DNA of 64,000 bases from a virus. The DNA lies in IMG/VR virus record IMGVR_UViG_3300028197_001695, positions 32,001 through 96,000 of that record. One strand, 5' to 3'. Positions 54,201-63,494 of this stretch are shown here, piece after piece. The stretch's first letter is position 1. The number at the start of each line of letters is the position of its first letter. The translations under genes and the position numbers were made by a program. The notes under the pieces are model-generated. The model worked only from the letters and a program-made list of their open reading frames with translations, was not told the origin of the DNA and ran no database searches.

Positions 54201-56788
54201 TTACCTGAAGCAACTGTATCACCAGTAGAACTAATAGTTAAAGCAGTACCGTCTACTGAGTTAATAAACTGGAATCCGTTACCTGTTAATCCAGTAGTGG
54301 CTTTCCATGTTCCACCATAGTTTCTAAATTCACCACCACTACTTGAATAAAGATTTAAAAAAGAAACTATTCCAGTATTATTAAATTGTGCTCTAAGCGT
54401 ACCTCCAGTCGTGACACCTAACGCATCAGCACCAATTCTATAAATTCCAGTATCTGTATCGCCAGCAAATGTTAAGGAAGGTGAAGCAGCGGAACCAACA
54501 GGAATCGAAACTCTCTCGCTAAACGTCCAAGCATCCGTAGAATTAACCCAGTTGATTGTTTTATCAGTCGCACCTTTGAGTGTGATACCACCACCGTCAG
54601 CAGTCGCGTCAGTCGGTGTTGCAACAGTTCCTAACTCAATGTTTTTATCATCAACCTGAACTGTCGTACTGTTAATCGTTGACGTTGTGCCATTGACTGT
54701 GAGGTTTCCACCTATAACTAAATCGCCTGTAGCATCTACCCTGCCATCATTTCTGATACTAAATAAACTAGCAGAAGCGGAATCTCTGGCGACAAAAGCG
54801 TTAGCCGTTGTGTCAGCGGTAGAACCTTTTAGTTCTAATTTAGCACTTGGACTAGTTGTTCCTATACCAACTTCACCAGAAGAAGTAATACGCATTCTTT
54901 CATCAACACCTGCATTATTAGAAAACCTCCAATCATTTCGACATTCAAGTTCTGCTTCTCCCGTACTATCTTTAAATCTTACAGTTACAGCGGTATCAGT
55001 TGATTCAAATATAGTGTTAGCGTTTGATGTCCCAGAATTTACGTGAAGTTTTCTATCTGGACTCGTTGTTCCTATACCAACGTCACCAGAAGAGTCAAAC
55101 ACCACCTGATTTGCTGCTGTACCTGTGGCTGCTGGTCTAAAATATAATTTTCCTCCAGAAGAGTTGATCCAATATTTATTAGCATTGTTTTCAGTAAATC
55201 TTATATATTGACCTTTACCAGAATGACTATCAATGTATAATGAAGAATGATTATCTGTTGATTCTATTCTCGCTCCAGAATCACCACTGAATAAAACATG
55301 TAGAGGTTGACTTGGATTAGTTGTCCCTATACCAACGTTACCTCCTGCTTCTACAGTCATTTTCGTGGACTGTGCTGCGCCTGTTGCGCCTGTATCAATT
55401 CTTAAATCACCACCATCAATACTTCTTAAAACGGCAACTCCATTACTTCCCGTATTTCTTTGTAAAGCGATAAAAGGCTCCACGTTGGCTGAAGTCCTTA
55501 CTATTATACCATCTGAACCCGAGGATTGCACATGGAGTCTGGCAGCTGGACTAGTTGTTCCTATACCTACATTACCAGAAGAATTGATGCGAACTGACTC
55601 AGAACCATTTGTCAAGAAAGCGTGGGTGCTAGCATCTTGAGAGACTAGTAACCATTGTTTATCATCTGTTCCTATGTACAGACTTTTATCATTATCTGTT
55701 GTAGGTCTGATATACGAAAACCCTCTAGACATATAAAGCCCATAACCATTGATTTCAGTATAAGTGTTGTCATTATGATAAAAACGACTTGATGTATCAG
55801 TTGTCCCGTCTCCCACCTGAAAGTTTACAGAAGGACTAGTTGTTCCTATACCAACGTTACCGTCAGCAGCGATAAGCATTGCTTGGGCGTTGTTACCAGC
55901 TAAGAATCTAATTTTACCTGATGCTGTGGTAGTCGCTATATCAAAAGTATTAGTTGTAGTAAAACCTAAATACCCTGCTCTAGAAGTGTTGTTGCTTGCA
56001 TAGTATTGTTGGTAAGCTCTAATATCATTTGCATTCGTAGTAGCAGTATCTGTGAATCTTAAGCATTCATCATTGGATGTCGCTACGTTTAATATAGCTG
56101 CTGGATTAGTTGTTCCTATACCAACGTTGCCGTTAGTATGAATTCTCATCCTTTCAGCATAAGAACCCCCACCCATAAACTTAACTGGACCTCCGCCTGA
56201 CCAGCCGAATTCTAATTGATTACCACTATTGACTCTTGCAATTGTTCTTATATTTGAACTATTATCTTTAGAACGTAATTCAATACCATTATTAAGAAGT
56301 ATATGTCCTGTCATATTACCACCTGCCAGTGGTAGTTTAGTATTGTCAGTTGATGAGGATAAACCTGTTAGGTTACTACCATCACCATGAAAGGCAGTAG
56401 CAGTTACAGCACCTGCGAAAGTTGCCGCTTCGCTACTACCATTACCAAGTCGTAATATTTCTGAACCTAAATGTACAAACTGAAAACCATCTCCTACTGA
56501 GCTGTGATCTCGAAATCTTCCAACAAGACCGTTACCATCTATTCTTAGGCGTTCATTGAATACATCAATCTCTCTAATGTATAGCGTCCTAAAATCTTTA
56601 GAATTCGTGGTTCCCAAGTCTACTTCGTTATCCGCATCTGGTATTATGTGATTTCCGACAGTCAATCCGTTAAATGTCGGAGAATGTGTGGTATTTAACT
56701 GTAAATCATCCAGAACTTCAGAAGTCTTTAAAGATTCGAAGGTGGTTTGGTTATTGGTTCCTGTTGTTCCTACGAAATACTCAGACAT
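51284..56788 (-). CDS. Giant tail fibre with GNVGIGTT repeats and C-terminal Fn3-like domains
   Basis: 1834 aa; about six G(N/D/E)VGIGTT(S/N)P units; C-terminal APASASA...VTF...YLVYSS...YRVYA and YYVQWNPP...YNVYK. Confidence 0.85.
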   Translation of the reverse strand: MSEYFVGTTGTNNQTTFESLKTSEVLDDLQLNTTHSPTFNGLTVGNHIIPDADNEVDLGTTNSKDFRTLYIREIDVFNERLRIDGNGLVGRFRDHSSVGDGFQFVHLGSEILRLGNGSSEAATFAGAVTATAFHGDGSNLTGLSSSTDNTKLPLAGGNMTGHILLNNGIELRSKDNSSNIRTIARVNSGNQLEFGWSGGGPVKFMGGGSYAERMRIHTNGNVGIGTTNPAAILNVATSNDECLRFTDTATTNANDIRAYQQYYASNNTSRAGYLGFTTTNTFDIATTTASGKIRFLAGNNAQAMLIAADGNVGIGTTSPSVNFQVGDGTTDTSSRFYHNDNTYTEINGYGLYMSRGFSYIRPTTDNDKSLYIGTDDKQWLLVSQDASTHAFLTNGSESVRINSSGNVGIGTTSPAARLHVQSSGSDGIIVRTSANVEPFIALQRNTGSNGVAVLRSIDGGDLRIDTGATGAAQSTKMTVEAGGNVGIGTTNPSQPLHVLFSGDSGARIESTDNHSSLYIDSHSGKGQYIRFTENNANKYWINSSGGKLYFRPAATGTAANQVVFDSSGDVGIGTTSPDRKLHVNSGTSNANTIFESTDTAVTVRFKDSTGEAELECRNDWRFSNNAGVDERMRITSSGEVGIGTTSPSAKLELKGSTADTTANAFVARDSASASLFSIRNDGRVDATGDLVIGGNLTVNGTTSTINSTTVQVDDKNIELGTVATPTDATADGGGITLKGATDKTINWVNSTDAWTFSERVSIPVGSAASPSLTFAGDTDTGIYRIGADALGVTTGGTLRAQFNNTGIVSFLNLYSSSGGEFRNYGGTWKATTGLTGNGFQFINSVDGTALTISSTGDTVASGNVTVGGGQILTPSGTNLALNPNTGIVSVGGVIQCSGTGASTFAGDVTVNGSFKWATTGNSFIYSNDDSNGFYMERVGITDVLSDMRFQARASGAGNYSWIKIKPSNQSILLGTNGADRLTINSSGNATFAGSVTATSLDINGAATFDTNVNSGGFNTQTNSNAGSAAYVSRKWVNDTGNAEIWRNSSTRTQTGGAAQSFNIYNTQDTNLWSGGVRALHLDTSQNATFAGSVTATSLIKSGGTSSQFLKADGSVDSTTYVSSETVTSLALTSGSLVYTNESGTANSISLAAYLDEDSRSIASGSLNSGNGIVTFTRDDSTTFTLDLGDLLDDTNLVTSVAGKSGVVSLVKGDVGLGNVTNESKATMFTSPTFTGTVGGVTKAHVGLGSVTNESKATMFTNAALTGNPTATTQSSNENSTKIATTAYVKSQGYITSANGGNAGTLDGYDSTQFLRSDANDTMAGTLTFSGASSHIALQQDHVVFKRFDVTVDEGVSNSTTAYLLLCRNAPYNDVNGTVTMDRTSGLRHACSVDIVVSAGTGTNPAGTCRSIGTAGGSSPSYELVTLTYSSNSFIALKITNPDAYYETSGHYFTGRLATSDTTNAMQMIAPASVSSVSGFSSNPSHQIDGYSIFHDGYHPNADILTTTRNIALSGDVTGNVNFNGSANVSIATALAANSVGSSEIATDAVGASEIAANAVRASELSVSGNGSTSQFLRSDGDGTFTWATPTDTNTVYTHPTHAGDDINIDTGALTGATVISDLDFNVTTNSLGHVTDANGTVATRTLTAANLGISAPNAPASASAAIVGNTVEVTFAASTTSNIDAYLVYSSIDGSDYGLISIVPPDDFAASMSIIDNAFDETGTQAYRVYAMKYGILSSATTASIAYAVSSAEPTTMSVVNLNNAYYVQWNPPSANARFVTAYNVYKHEHATQGSLSRSSASLIYSGMNTNYMYQISGTNNSNFHQFWVETTIA

Positions 56789-56834
56789 ATCAACGAATTA
56801 TACATTCTGTTACACTATTTCACCACAAATGCAG

Positions 56835-56872
56835 AAAAAAAAACCTGCCTCAACGTTAATCGAGGCAGGTTT
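56835..56872 (-). terminator. Intrinsic terminator
   Basis: AACCTGCCTC...GAGGCAGGTT plus T-tract on the minus strand. Confidence 0.8.
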
Positions 56873-56889
56873 AATATTTATTTTCTGTA

Positions 56890-58704
56890 TTAGGACGCGT
56901 CTTCGATCCAGTTATAATTAATTGTAGCAGAAGTAACTAAATTAGTTTGAGACCAAACGTTATTGATTTTTAATCCATTCCCATTCACACTTACGGATAA
57001 TTCAGAAGAACTAGCCGCAGCATTTGAACCTTGGAAAGTGTTCGTAACAAAAGATTGCAACATATTTGTACTATCTGAATCTCTACGGATTGCTCCTTGA
57101 ATTTTCCACATAGAAACATGATTTCCATTGTCAGAATCTTGGTCTGTTCTGACTGATTGAACAACACCTTCAAAAGCGACAGTCGTCTTATCATTCAAGT
57201 CCATTGCGTTTCCATTTGCCGCACCACTTGTAGTAATGCCGTAAGCACCTGTACCACGAAGTATAATGATACCACCCTTTGTTACCAAGTTTGTCTCTGC
57301 GCTATTATCAGAACCAAGTTCAATCTCATCAAGATGGCCTTGGTCTGAGGATGTGCCAAGACTTGTTGTGTTTCCAAGAGCAACTGCTCCACCTCCAGCA
57401 ATCCCGGACCCAGCAGTAATTGTAATACTACTATTGGAAAGTTTGCTGTTCGCAATCGAACCTGCTAACTGAGTATTAGTGATTGTGCCAACAAGTGCCG
57501 TTGTAGGATAATTGGTAGCATCCGAAAGATCGAAAGCTGGAGTAGCGTCTGACCCACCCAATGATAGAGCAACTCCACCGTAAGAAACAGAACTATTAAC
57601 AAACTTTGAGTTAGCAATAGACCCTGCCAACATGTCATTTTCAACAGCTCCATTTGCAATTGTCGCAGTCAGAGTCCCAGTCATATCTGCGTTAAAATCG
57701 ACATGTCCTTGTAAATCTCCACCTAACTCTATCCTAGAGTCTGCTACCCAAGATGATGCCGTAGAAGCATTACCAACAATATCAGCAGCAATGTCTATGC
57801 TATTAGTTTTCCAACGATTGTTTGTACCATCAAAAGTAAATTCAGCAATGTTCGCAGCTCCAGTTCCATCAATGATAATACCTCCACCATCAGCAGACGC
57901 TGCATTAGGCGCACCAGTACCAAGAACTAAGCTAAGATCATCAATTTGGACGCTTGTAGAATTAATGGTCGTTGTTGTGCCATCAACCTGAAGGTCTCCA
58001 GCGATAATAACCTTACCTGATGCACCAGCAGCGTCTGGATCAATCGTGATTGTAGCTGGACCTGTAATACTACCACCACCAACACGAATATCACCAACAG
58101 TAATATCATTGCTTGTAACAGCATTAACGTCAGTAACAGCATCGAAAGTAGGAACGCCTGAAACAGCTTGAAGATCGTCAATCTGATTTTCCAAATAACC
58201 AGTAGCAGTCCTTAAAGTTACAAGTTCAGCATCATTACCAGTAATATTAGTATTTAAAACACCAGTAGCAGTCCTTAAGGTTGCTAATTCAGTATCATTA
58301 GTGGCAATCCGACCATTTAAAATACCAGTGAGAACGTTAACCTCTGTTCTAGGATAATAAATAGTATCTAAATTTATAGAACTAACAGCTGTTGCAACAA
58401 CGTGACCATCTGCATCAAGGTCTACAGTGATATTATTTAGGACAGAACCACTTGCATTTGTTGTAACTTCAATGTCAGAACCCGGAGTTATATCTACGTG
58501 ATTCGTTAAAGCAGCCAAAACACCCGACATGTCGTAGATAGCATTTTGAGAGGCTCCAATATCAGTAACGCCATTTGCAATAGAGTTTTGTATTGCTGTC
58601 CCCCTTACATCTCCAGTGAAGGTTGATATATCCGTCAGGCTTCCTGTTCGAAAGTCTACCTGAGTGCCGTTAAGTTCGCCTTTATAAATTAAATTCGTCG
58701 CCAT
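56890..58704 (-). CDS. Tail fibre/spike protein
   Basis: 604 aa with a coiled-coil repeat (ELATLRTATG / ELVTLRTATG) and shared fibre modules. Confidence 0.75.
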   Translation of the reverse strand: MATNLIYKGELNGTQVDFRTGSLTDISTFTGDVRGTAIQNSIANGVTDIGASQNAIYDMSGVLAALTNHVDITPGSDIEVTTNASGSVLNNITVDLDADGHVVATAVSSINLDTIYYPRTEVNVLTGILNGRIATNDTELATLRTATGVLNTNITGNDAELVTLRTATGYLENQIDDLQAVSGVPTFDAVTDVNAVTSNDITVGDIRVGGGSITGPATITIDPDAAGASGKVIIAGDLQVDGTTTTINSTSVQIDDLSLVLGTGAPNAASADGGGIIIDGTGAANIAEFTFDGTNNRWKTNSIDIAADIVGNASTASSWVADSRIELGGDLQGHVDFNADMTGTLTATIANGAVENDMLAGSIANSKFVNSSVSYGGVALSLGGSDATPAFDLSDATNYPTTALVGTITNTQLAGSIANSKLSNSSITITAGSGIAGGGAVALGNTTSLGTSSDQGHLDEIELGSDNSAETNLVTKGGIIILRGTGAYGITTSGAANGNAMDLNDKTTVAFEGVVQSVRTDQDSDNGNHVSMWKIQGAIRRDSDSTNMLQSFVTNTFQGSNAAASSSELSVSVNGNGLKINNVWSQTNLVTSATINYNWIEDAS

Positions 58705-58754
58705 GATGAGTAACTAGTTAAATCTAGTTACACAATAAAGGGGGAATCAGAAAA

Positions 58755-59294
58755 TTAATATTTTAATTGAGTTAAGTCAATTTTACCTAGCCAGCGAATA
58801 TTTGTCTCAGATTTTCCTGTCGCAAAGAATTTTAAAGAACCATTTGAAGCACTTACTGAAAACTGAACATCTCCCACGCCTATTCCATCGTGAATAATAT
58901 GATTATGGGGTTCTCCCAATATTTCTACAGAGTTCGCACTAGATCCTCTCTTAGCACCGCCATTAACATGCATAACAGCAGTATCACCATTCTCTGCTCT
59001 TGCTATAAACTGACAACAAAAAAAGTAAGAAGTATTATCTTCTAAGACAAACCTCGCATTAGAACCATCTAAAAACAACTCAGTCTCAGAATCATCTGTA
59101 GAACTACCACGAAGTAAAAAAAAGCAGGTCTGGGCATCCCCAGCGGTAGAGAAAAAACCATTAGAAATAATAAACTGGCTCTGCTGAGAGTTAATACTCG
59201 GATTCTCAGAACCACCACCAAAAATAGCTTTTGAGACATTCTCAGAATTAAGAGTCTCTACAACTAAATTTTTTAATTTTATTTCTAGTGCCAT
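58755..59294 (-). CDS. Virion structural protein (fibre/baseplate-associated)
   Basis: 179 aa; C-terminal beta domain resembles the C-terminus of 56890-58704. Confidence 0.55.
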   Translation of the reverse strand: MALEIKLKNLVVETLNSENVSKAIFGGGSENPSINSQQSQFIISNGFFSTAGDAQTCFFLLRGSSTDDSETELFLDGSNARFVLEDNTSYFFCCQFIARAENGDTAVMHVNGGAKRGSSANSVEILGEPHNHIIHDGIGVGDVQFSVSASNGSLKFFATGKSETNIRWLGKIDLTQLKY

Positions 59295-60517
59295 TATGTA
59301 TTCGGAATTGATCTCGTTTGCAGCACGTAACCTGTACCTATATTATCTGAAAATTCTACAAAGAATCCAGTAGTAGTTATGTCTCTCACTGCTAAAAAGT
59401 AAGTTCTTTCTCCTCCACTTGGTAGCTGTAATTCACATTGAACCATTGGCGCAGAAGAAAATGCAGTGCTGAATTCTATTCCTGTCTCATCTATACCAGA
59501 AGGTAAAACTGTATCAAATCTCTGGCTAGTTTCTTGAGATTGGACCCAAGTTCTCGTAGCCACCGTCTCTCCACCCATAGTTATGTCTTCTGCTACCGCT
59601 AAATTACCTGTTGGCACATCTACCCCACTTGCAAAATCAATTGTCAACCCATGATCCGAGAAAGAAGTTTTACTTCTACCTACTTTTCCGTCAGCTAGAA
59701 CCATTGAACCTTCATGTATAGCCCTACCTCCTCTTCCAGCCATAACCGTGGAAAAAGACCCACTAGCAAAATTATTAACACCACCAACTACAATAGCATT
59801 AGAAGCATCCTGAATGTTGTTGTTCTCACCACCTAAAATTATAGAGTGATCAGGTGCTATAGTACCACTAGTGATATTACTACTTTGTCCACCAACAATA
59901 ACCGCATTAGAGGCTCCTAAGATGTCATTATCATAACCTCCATCCACTAAAGAAGCTGTAGACTGCTTAATAGAATGAGCTGTACCACCATTGATTGTGT
60001 TATATCCAAGACCACCATTTTCAATTAAGTTAGATCTACCACCAATAATAACAGAATAATCATCACCACTAATAATATTTAACTCCCCTCCTGCTATAAT
60101 ATCGTAATCACCAAAAATTTGGTTGCCACTACCAAGTATGGCAGCAGAATATAGTGAGTTTACTGCGTTGTCTCCAATGATAAGAGCTTCAGCATCAATA
60201 TAAAGCTTTCTCTCTGAACCATCAAGATCACCAGTTACAGATATGTCTTGTCCACCAGCATTAATTATATAACCAGAAGCAAAAGTTTTAACACCACTAA
60301 TGGTTTCTTCTCCTGTGATATTTACGAAGGCATCTGGGTTACCACCTATTTGATTATACTGATCTAATGTTAAGTGATAATATTCGCCTGTATCACCACC
60401 TTGAATACCCACAAGTGAATTGTGAGATGTACCACCAACACCTAAATTTAAACCTGTCGAAGAGGATATCGACAGGTCTACATTGGGAGTCTCTGTGACT
60501 GTTACATTAATGCTCAT
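59294..60517 (-). CDS. Fibre/spike protein with GGxxN beta-helix repeats
   Basis: Repeated IxGGxxNxI units; C-terminal FSTAFSSAPMV...TTTGF lectin-like domain. Confidence 0.65.
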   Translation of the reverse strand: MSINVTVTETPNVDLSISSSTGLNLGVGGTSHNSLVGIQGGDTGEYYHLTLDQYNQIGGNPDAFVNITGEETISGVKTFASGYIINAGGQDISVTGDLDGSERKLYIDAEALIIGDNAVNSLYSAAILGSGNQIFGDYDIIAGGELNIISGDDYSVIIGGRSNLIENGGLGYNTINGGTAHSIKQSTASLVDGGYDNDILGASNAVIVGGQSSNITSGTIAPDHSIILGGENNNIQDASNAIVVGGVNNFASGSFSTVMAGRGGRAIHEGSMVLADGKVGRSKTSFSDHGLTIDFASGVDVPTGNLAVAEDITMGGETVATRTWVQSQETSQRFDTVLPSGIDETGIEFSTAFSSAPMVQCELQLPSGGERTYFLAVRDITTTGFFVEFSDNIGTGYVLQTRSIPNT

Positions 60518-60861
60518 GGAAGAGGAACGGAGGTTCCGCTAATAGTTGCCATTCCATATAACAACCTGTCAACACAACCATCAGATTTGATTAAAAATAT
60601 ATCGTAAGAACTATAAGCTGGCTCCATAGCTTGAGTATCAGAACTACTCAAAGACATTTTGGCAGCACCATTAACAGCATCAGTTTCAGAATAAGTGAAA
60701 GTTGCTTGAACCGCTTGATCATAATCACGATAAATCACTCCAGTCAAATAAACCTGATCTGTCCTTAAATCATAGGCCGTATTAGAGTCATCCTTTAAAG
60801 TTAAAGGAATGTCGAGACAAGCACCCTGCTCAATAACGATATCATATTTTGTCCCAGCCAT
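60514..60861 (-). CDS. BppU-like baseplate/adaptor protein
   Basis: YDIVIEQGA.L.I.L..KD...YDL; LS...T..M...Y.YDI.L......RLLYG. Confidence 0.6.
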   Translation of the reverse strand: MAGTKYDIVIEQGACLDIPLTLKDDSNTAYDLRTDQVYLTGVIYRDYDQAVQATFTYSETDAVNGAAKMSLSSSDTQAMEPAYSSYDIFLIKSDGCVDRLLYGMATISGTSVPLP

Positions 60862-60883
60862 TGTTTTATGTTACACTAATTAT

Positions 60884-61198
60884 CTATTTTTTTAAGAATT
60901 TATCAGGATTCTTTTCAAACTTCTTCGCTAATGCAATTACCCCGTTTATTATCTCTGGAGCTACTACTCCAACAATACCGTAAGAAATAGCCTTAATAAA
61001 ATCACTTATGGGAGCATCTTGCAAAACGAACCATAGAATTCCTGATAGGATAGCCGCAGCTACAACATTCCTCAAAAAAGACTTCACTGAAACATTGCCT
61101 TTGTATGTCAGCATACGAGCAATCATGCCAGATGCACCAATTACAGGGATAACCCACCCACCATCTAAAAATTCTCTTATTAGATTTTTAAAATCCAT
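60884..61198 (-). CDS. Holin-like three-TM protein
   Basis: Start set at ATG 61198 (10 nt after GTGTAA); three hydrophobic helices and a basic C-tail. Confidence 0.6.
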   Translation of the reverse strand: MDFKNLIREFLDGGWVIPVIGASGMIARMLTYKGNVSVKSFLRNVVAAAILSGILWFVLQDAPISDFIKAISYGIVGVVAPEIINGVIALAKKFEKNPDKFLKK

Positions 61199-61208
61199 GT
61201 AAAATACA

Positions 61209-61235
61209 TTACACCAAAAAATGTTTTTTGTGTAT
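61209..61235. promoter_or_regulatory. Back-to-back GTGTAW putative late promoters
   Basis: GTGTAA on the minus strand at 61209-61214 and GTGTAT on the plus strand at 61230-61235, each about 10-11 nt from an ATG. Confidence 0.65.
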
Positions 61236-61246
61236 CTTATTTTAAG

Positions 61247-62467
61247 ATGGGTAAACATCGGAAAGACCTTACGGAAGCGAAAGCTTTTGCTGAAAAATAT
61301 TGTAATCCAGAAGATAGTAAAATCATCTCTGACTTAGACCGTCATGCAAGAGAAACAGCATGGGCTTTATTACAAAAAATTAAGCATTTAGAACAAAACT
61401 CTTGTGTTTGTGACGAGTGTGGTTCTGAAGTAGAAGACGAACCGGAAGAAGAGGTTAAAGTTGAAAAAAATAAAAACCAAGAAGTGAAGGCTGAAACCCC
61501 TGAAACTTCTACTATGGACAAGCTATCTGAAATAGCTGAAAAGAATAAAGATATTTTAGATAAAGCTGCGAAAGGCACAGCGGCTGTAGCAGCGGCTGGA
61601 GCGACAACTCAAACCGCAAGTGCAGCTACTGGGTTAACTGCTTTTGTACAAGAAACAGTTCAAAAAGTAGGGGCAATTGGAATGGCTGGCACTATGTCTA
61701 TAGGTAGTGGAGCCTACTTCCAAGCAAAAACCACCAAAGAAAAGGGGACTGAGATAGCTGTCGTAGCAGAGCAAGAACATAACGTATTTTCAAATTTAAA
61801 TGACTTTACTGAGACAACAATCGGATTCCAACCTTTTGGTGGTGTTACCGAAGCTATTGTAGAATATGCCGAAAAAGGTTATGGAGATGTTGTGGGTACG
61901 TCTGAAGAAGGCTACGAAGGAGGAGAAGGTGAAGAATCTGGTGGCGAAGAGGGAGAGGGCGAATCGTCAAATGAAGAAGCTTCTAACGAGGGAGAAGGAA
62001 ATGAAGGCGAACCTACAGAAGAAAACAATGAAGAAGGAGAAGGAGAAGGGGAAGGAAAGGCCGTTAAAGAAGAAGAATCTGTAGAAACCGAAGAGGAGAC
62101 AGAAGAAGAAAACGAAGGGGAAGAGACTGAAGAATCAGAAGAGGAATCTGAAGAAGAAGGAGAAGAGGAGGAACCCAAAGAAGAGGAGTCCGAAGAGGAA
62201 TCCGAAGAGGAATCCGAAGGGGAATCCAAAGAAGAGACCGAAGAAGAGACCGAAGAGGAGGAGTCTGAAGATGAGGGAGAAGAAGTGGAGGAAGAATCTG
62301 AAGAGGGTGAGCCTGAAGAAAAAGAGGAGACTGAAGAACAGTCGGAAGAGGGCGAAAAGAAAAAAACAGATATTGAGAATTCAGAAGAAACATTCGAACT
62401 AGAAGAAGATGATCAAGTCACTCAAGTCCCTGATGTGATTAAACTCCCTAACATGATAAGAAAATAA
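61247..62467 (+). CDS. Protein with central hydrophobic segment and very Glu-rich tail
   Basis: 406 aa; CxC-x2-C near the N-terminus; Ala/Gly/Thr-rich hydrophobic middle; about 170-aa low-complexity E/G/S tail. Confidence 0.75.
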   Translation: MGKHRKDLTEAKAFAEKYCNPEDSKIISDLDRHARETAWALLQKIKHLEQNSCVCDECGSEVEDEPEEEVKVEKNKNQEVKAETPETSTMDKLSEIAEKNKDILDKAAKGTAAVAAAGATTQTASAATGLTAFVQETVQKVGAIGMAGTMSIGSGAYFQAKTTKEKGTEIAVVAEQEHNVFSNLNDFTETTIGFQPFGGVTEAIVEYAEKGYGDVVGTSEEGYEGGEGEESGGEEGEGESSNEEASNEGEGNEGEPTEENNEEGEGEGEGKAVKEEESVETEEETEEENEGEETEESEEESEEEGEEEEPKEEESEEESEEESEGESKEETEEETEEEESEDEGEEVEEESEEGEPEEKEETEEQSEEGEKKKTDIENSEETFELEEDDQVTQVPDVIKLPNMIRK

Positions 62468-62472
62468 TTATT

Positions 62473-62664
62473 ATGGAAGATTTATTTGAAAAAATACTCG
62501 CTCCTTACATGGGGTCAATGCCTGAGTTCATTATTTCTATCTTGGGTTTGCTAGGGACTCTTTCTTATATTGTCCCTGAAAATAGTAAGCTGGGTAGGTT
62601 ATTAGGTAAGTTGACGGGGAATCTAACTAAACTTAAAAACTTTATACTAAAAAAGAAGAAATGA
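62473..62664 (+). CDS. Small membrane protein
   Basis: 63 aa, one TM, basic tail. Confidence 0.65.
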   Translation: MEDLFEKILAPYMGSMPEFIISILGLLGTLSYIVPENSKLGRLLGKLTGNLTKLKNFILKKKK

Positions 62665-63494
62665 AGCGCACACTCATAACTTTACTCTCAATTATTTCCG
62701 TAGCTAAATCTGCTATTATTACCTCTGTAGAAGGAAATGTATTCCTAATCAACCCTACAGAAAACCCTAATATCAACCCTGTAGTCAATATCCAAAGACC
62801 CATCCAGATCAGCAATGAGGAAGTTGTAGATATAACTGAAAGCGAAGATAAAAAAGAAGATTCAATTATTCCTTGGGATGCAGACGAAGAGGAAATTTAT
62901 GATTTTTATGATGCTCCTAATTGGGATTTTTCAGAATCAGACTTGAAAGAGTTAGATCGAGATTCTGCTATCACTAGCATATTGACTATAACAGATGCCT
63001 TAATACTTGAAGACAGTCCCTCTTATTCAAATATCGAGATTGGAGATGGGTTTTCAGTAACATTAAAGTCTACAGATTTTACTTTTCAAAAAAGCAATGG
63101 TTTCACTGGAGTAAATGATGATGATAATGTATATTCAGTTTTAAATATAACTGAAGGGTCTAGTATGTATGCCATGTTTACTTCAATTGGTCTAAAGGTA
63201 AATGTAGATTCAACTAGCAGTTTGACTCTACGGGGAGTTGGAGACCCAATCAATAGTCAAATAGAAAGATCTATCGTTAATTTGTCTCCAAACGCGCAGC
63301 TCACTCTAGATTCAATAGAGGAGTTTTCAGAACAGGGTGATGATATTTATTTGAATGGCGTATCGTTCTCCCAAAACCCTTCTATCTTGAAATTTAATGG
63401 AACTACTGCGACCGCTATTCCAGAAGCTTACTCAGCCCTGCTAAATGCTTTGCCTATAATTTTACTTTTAAGACGGAGGAATAGATTTAATTAA
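62661..63494 (+). CDS. Secreted protein with PEP-CTERM-like sorting signal
   Basis: N-terminal signal peptide MKRTLITLLSIISVAKS-A; C-terminal AIPEAYSALLNALPIILLLRRRNRFN (PE motif, TM helix, Arg cluster). Confidence 0.8.
   Translation: MKRTLITLLSIISVAKSAIITSVEGNVFLINPTENPNINPVVNIQRPIQISNEEVVDITESEDKKEDSIIPWDADEEEIYDFYDAPNWDFSESDLKELDRDSAITSILTITDALILEDSPSYSNIEIGDGFSVTLKSTDFTFQKSNGFTGVNDDDNVYSVLNITEGSSMYAMFTSIGLKVNVDSTSSLTLRGVGDPINSQIERSIVNLSPNAQLTLDSIEEFSEQGDDIYLNGVSFSQNPSILKFNGTTATAIPEAYSALLNALPIILLLRRRNRFN

Noticed and set aside
44855-56788. Diversity-generating retroelement acting on the fibre genes
   Set aside because: No reverse transcriptase in the window. The duplicated blocks are in-frame and differ at mixed, mostly synonymous positions, not only at adenines.
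61342-62393. Ser/Pro-rich and Leu-rich antisense ORFs, and similar shadow ORFs across the window (e.g. 25158-25400, 1677-2482, 57157-57991)
   Set aside because: They are reverse-frame or alternate-frame shadows of well-supported genes, caused by low-complexity or biased codon use.
62400-62467. QVPD near the end of the Glu-rich protein as a VPDSG/PEP-CTERM signal
   Set aside because: No transmembrane helix or Arg cluster follows.
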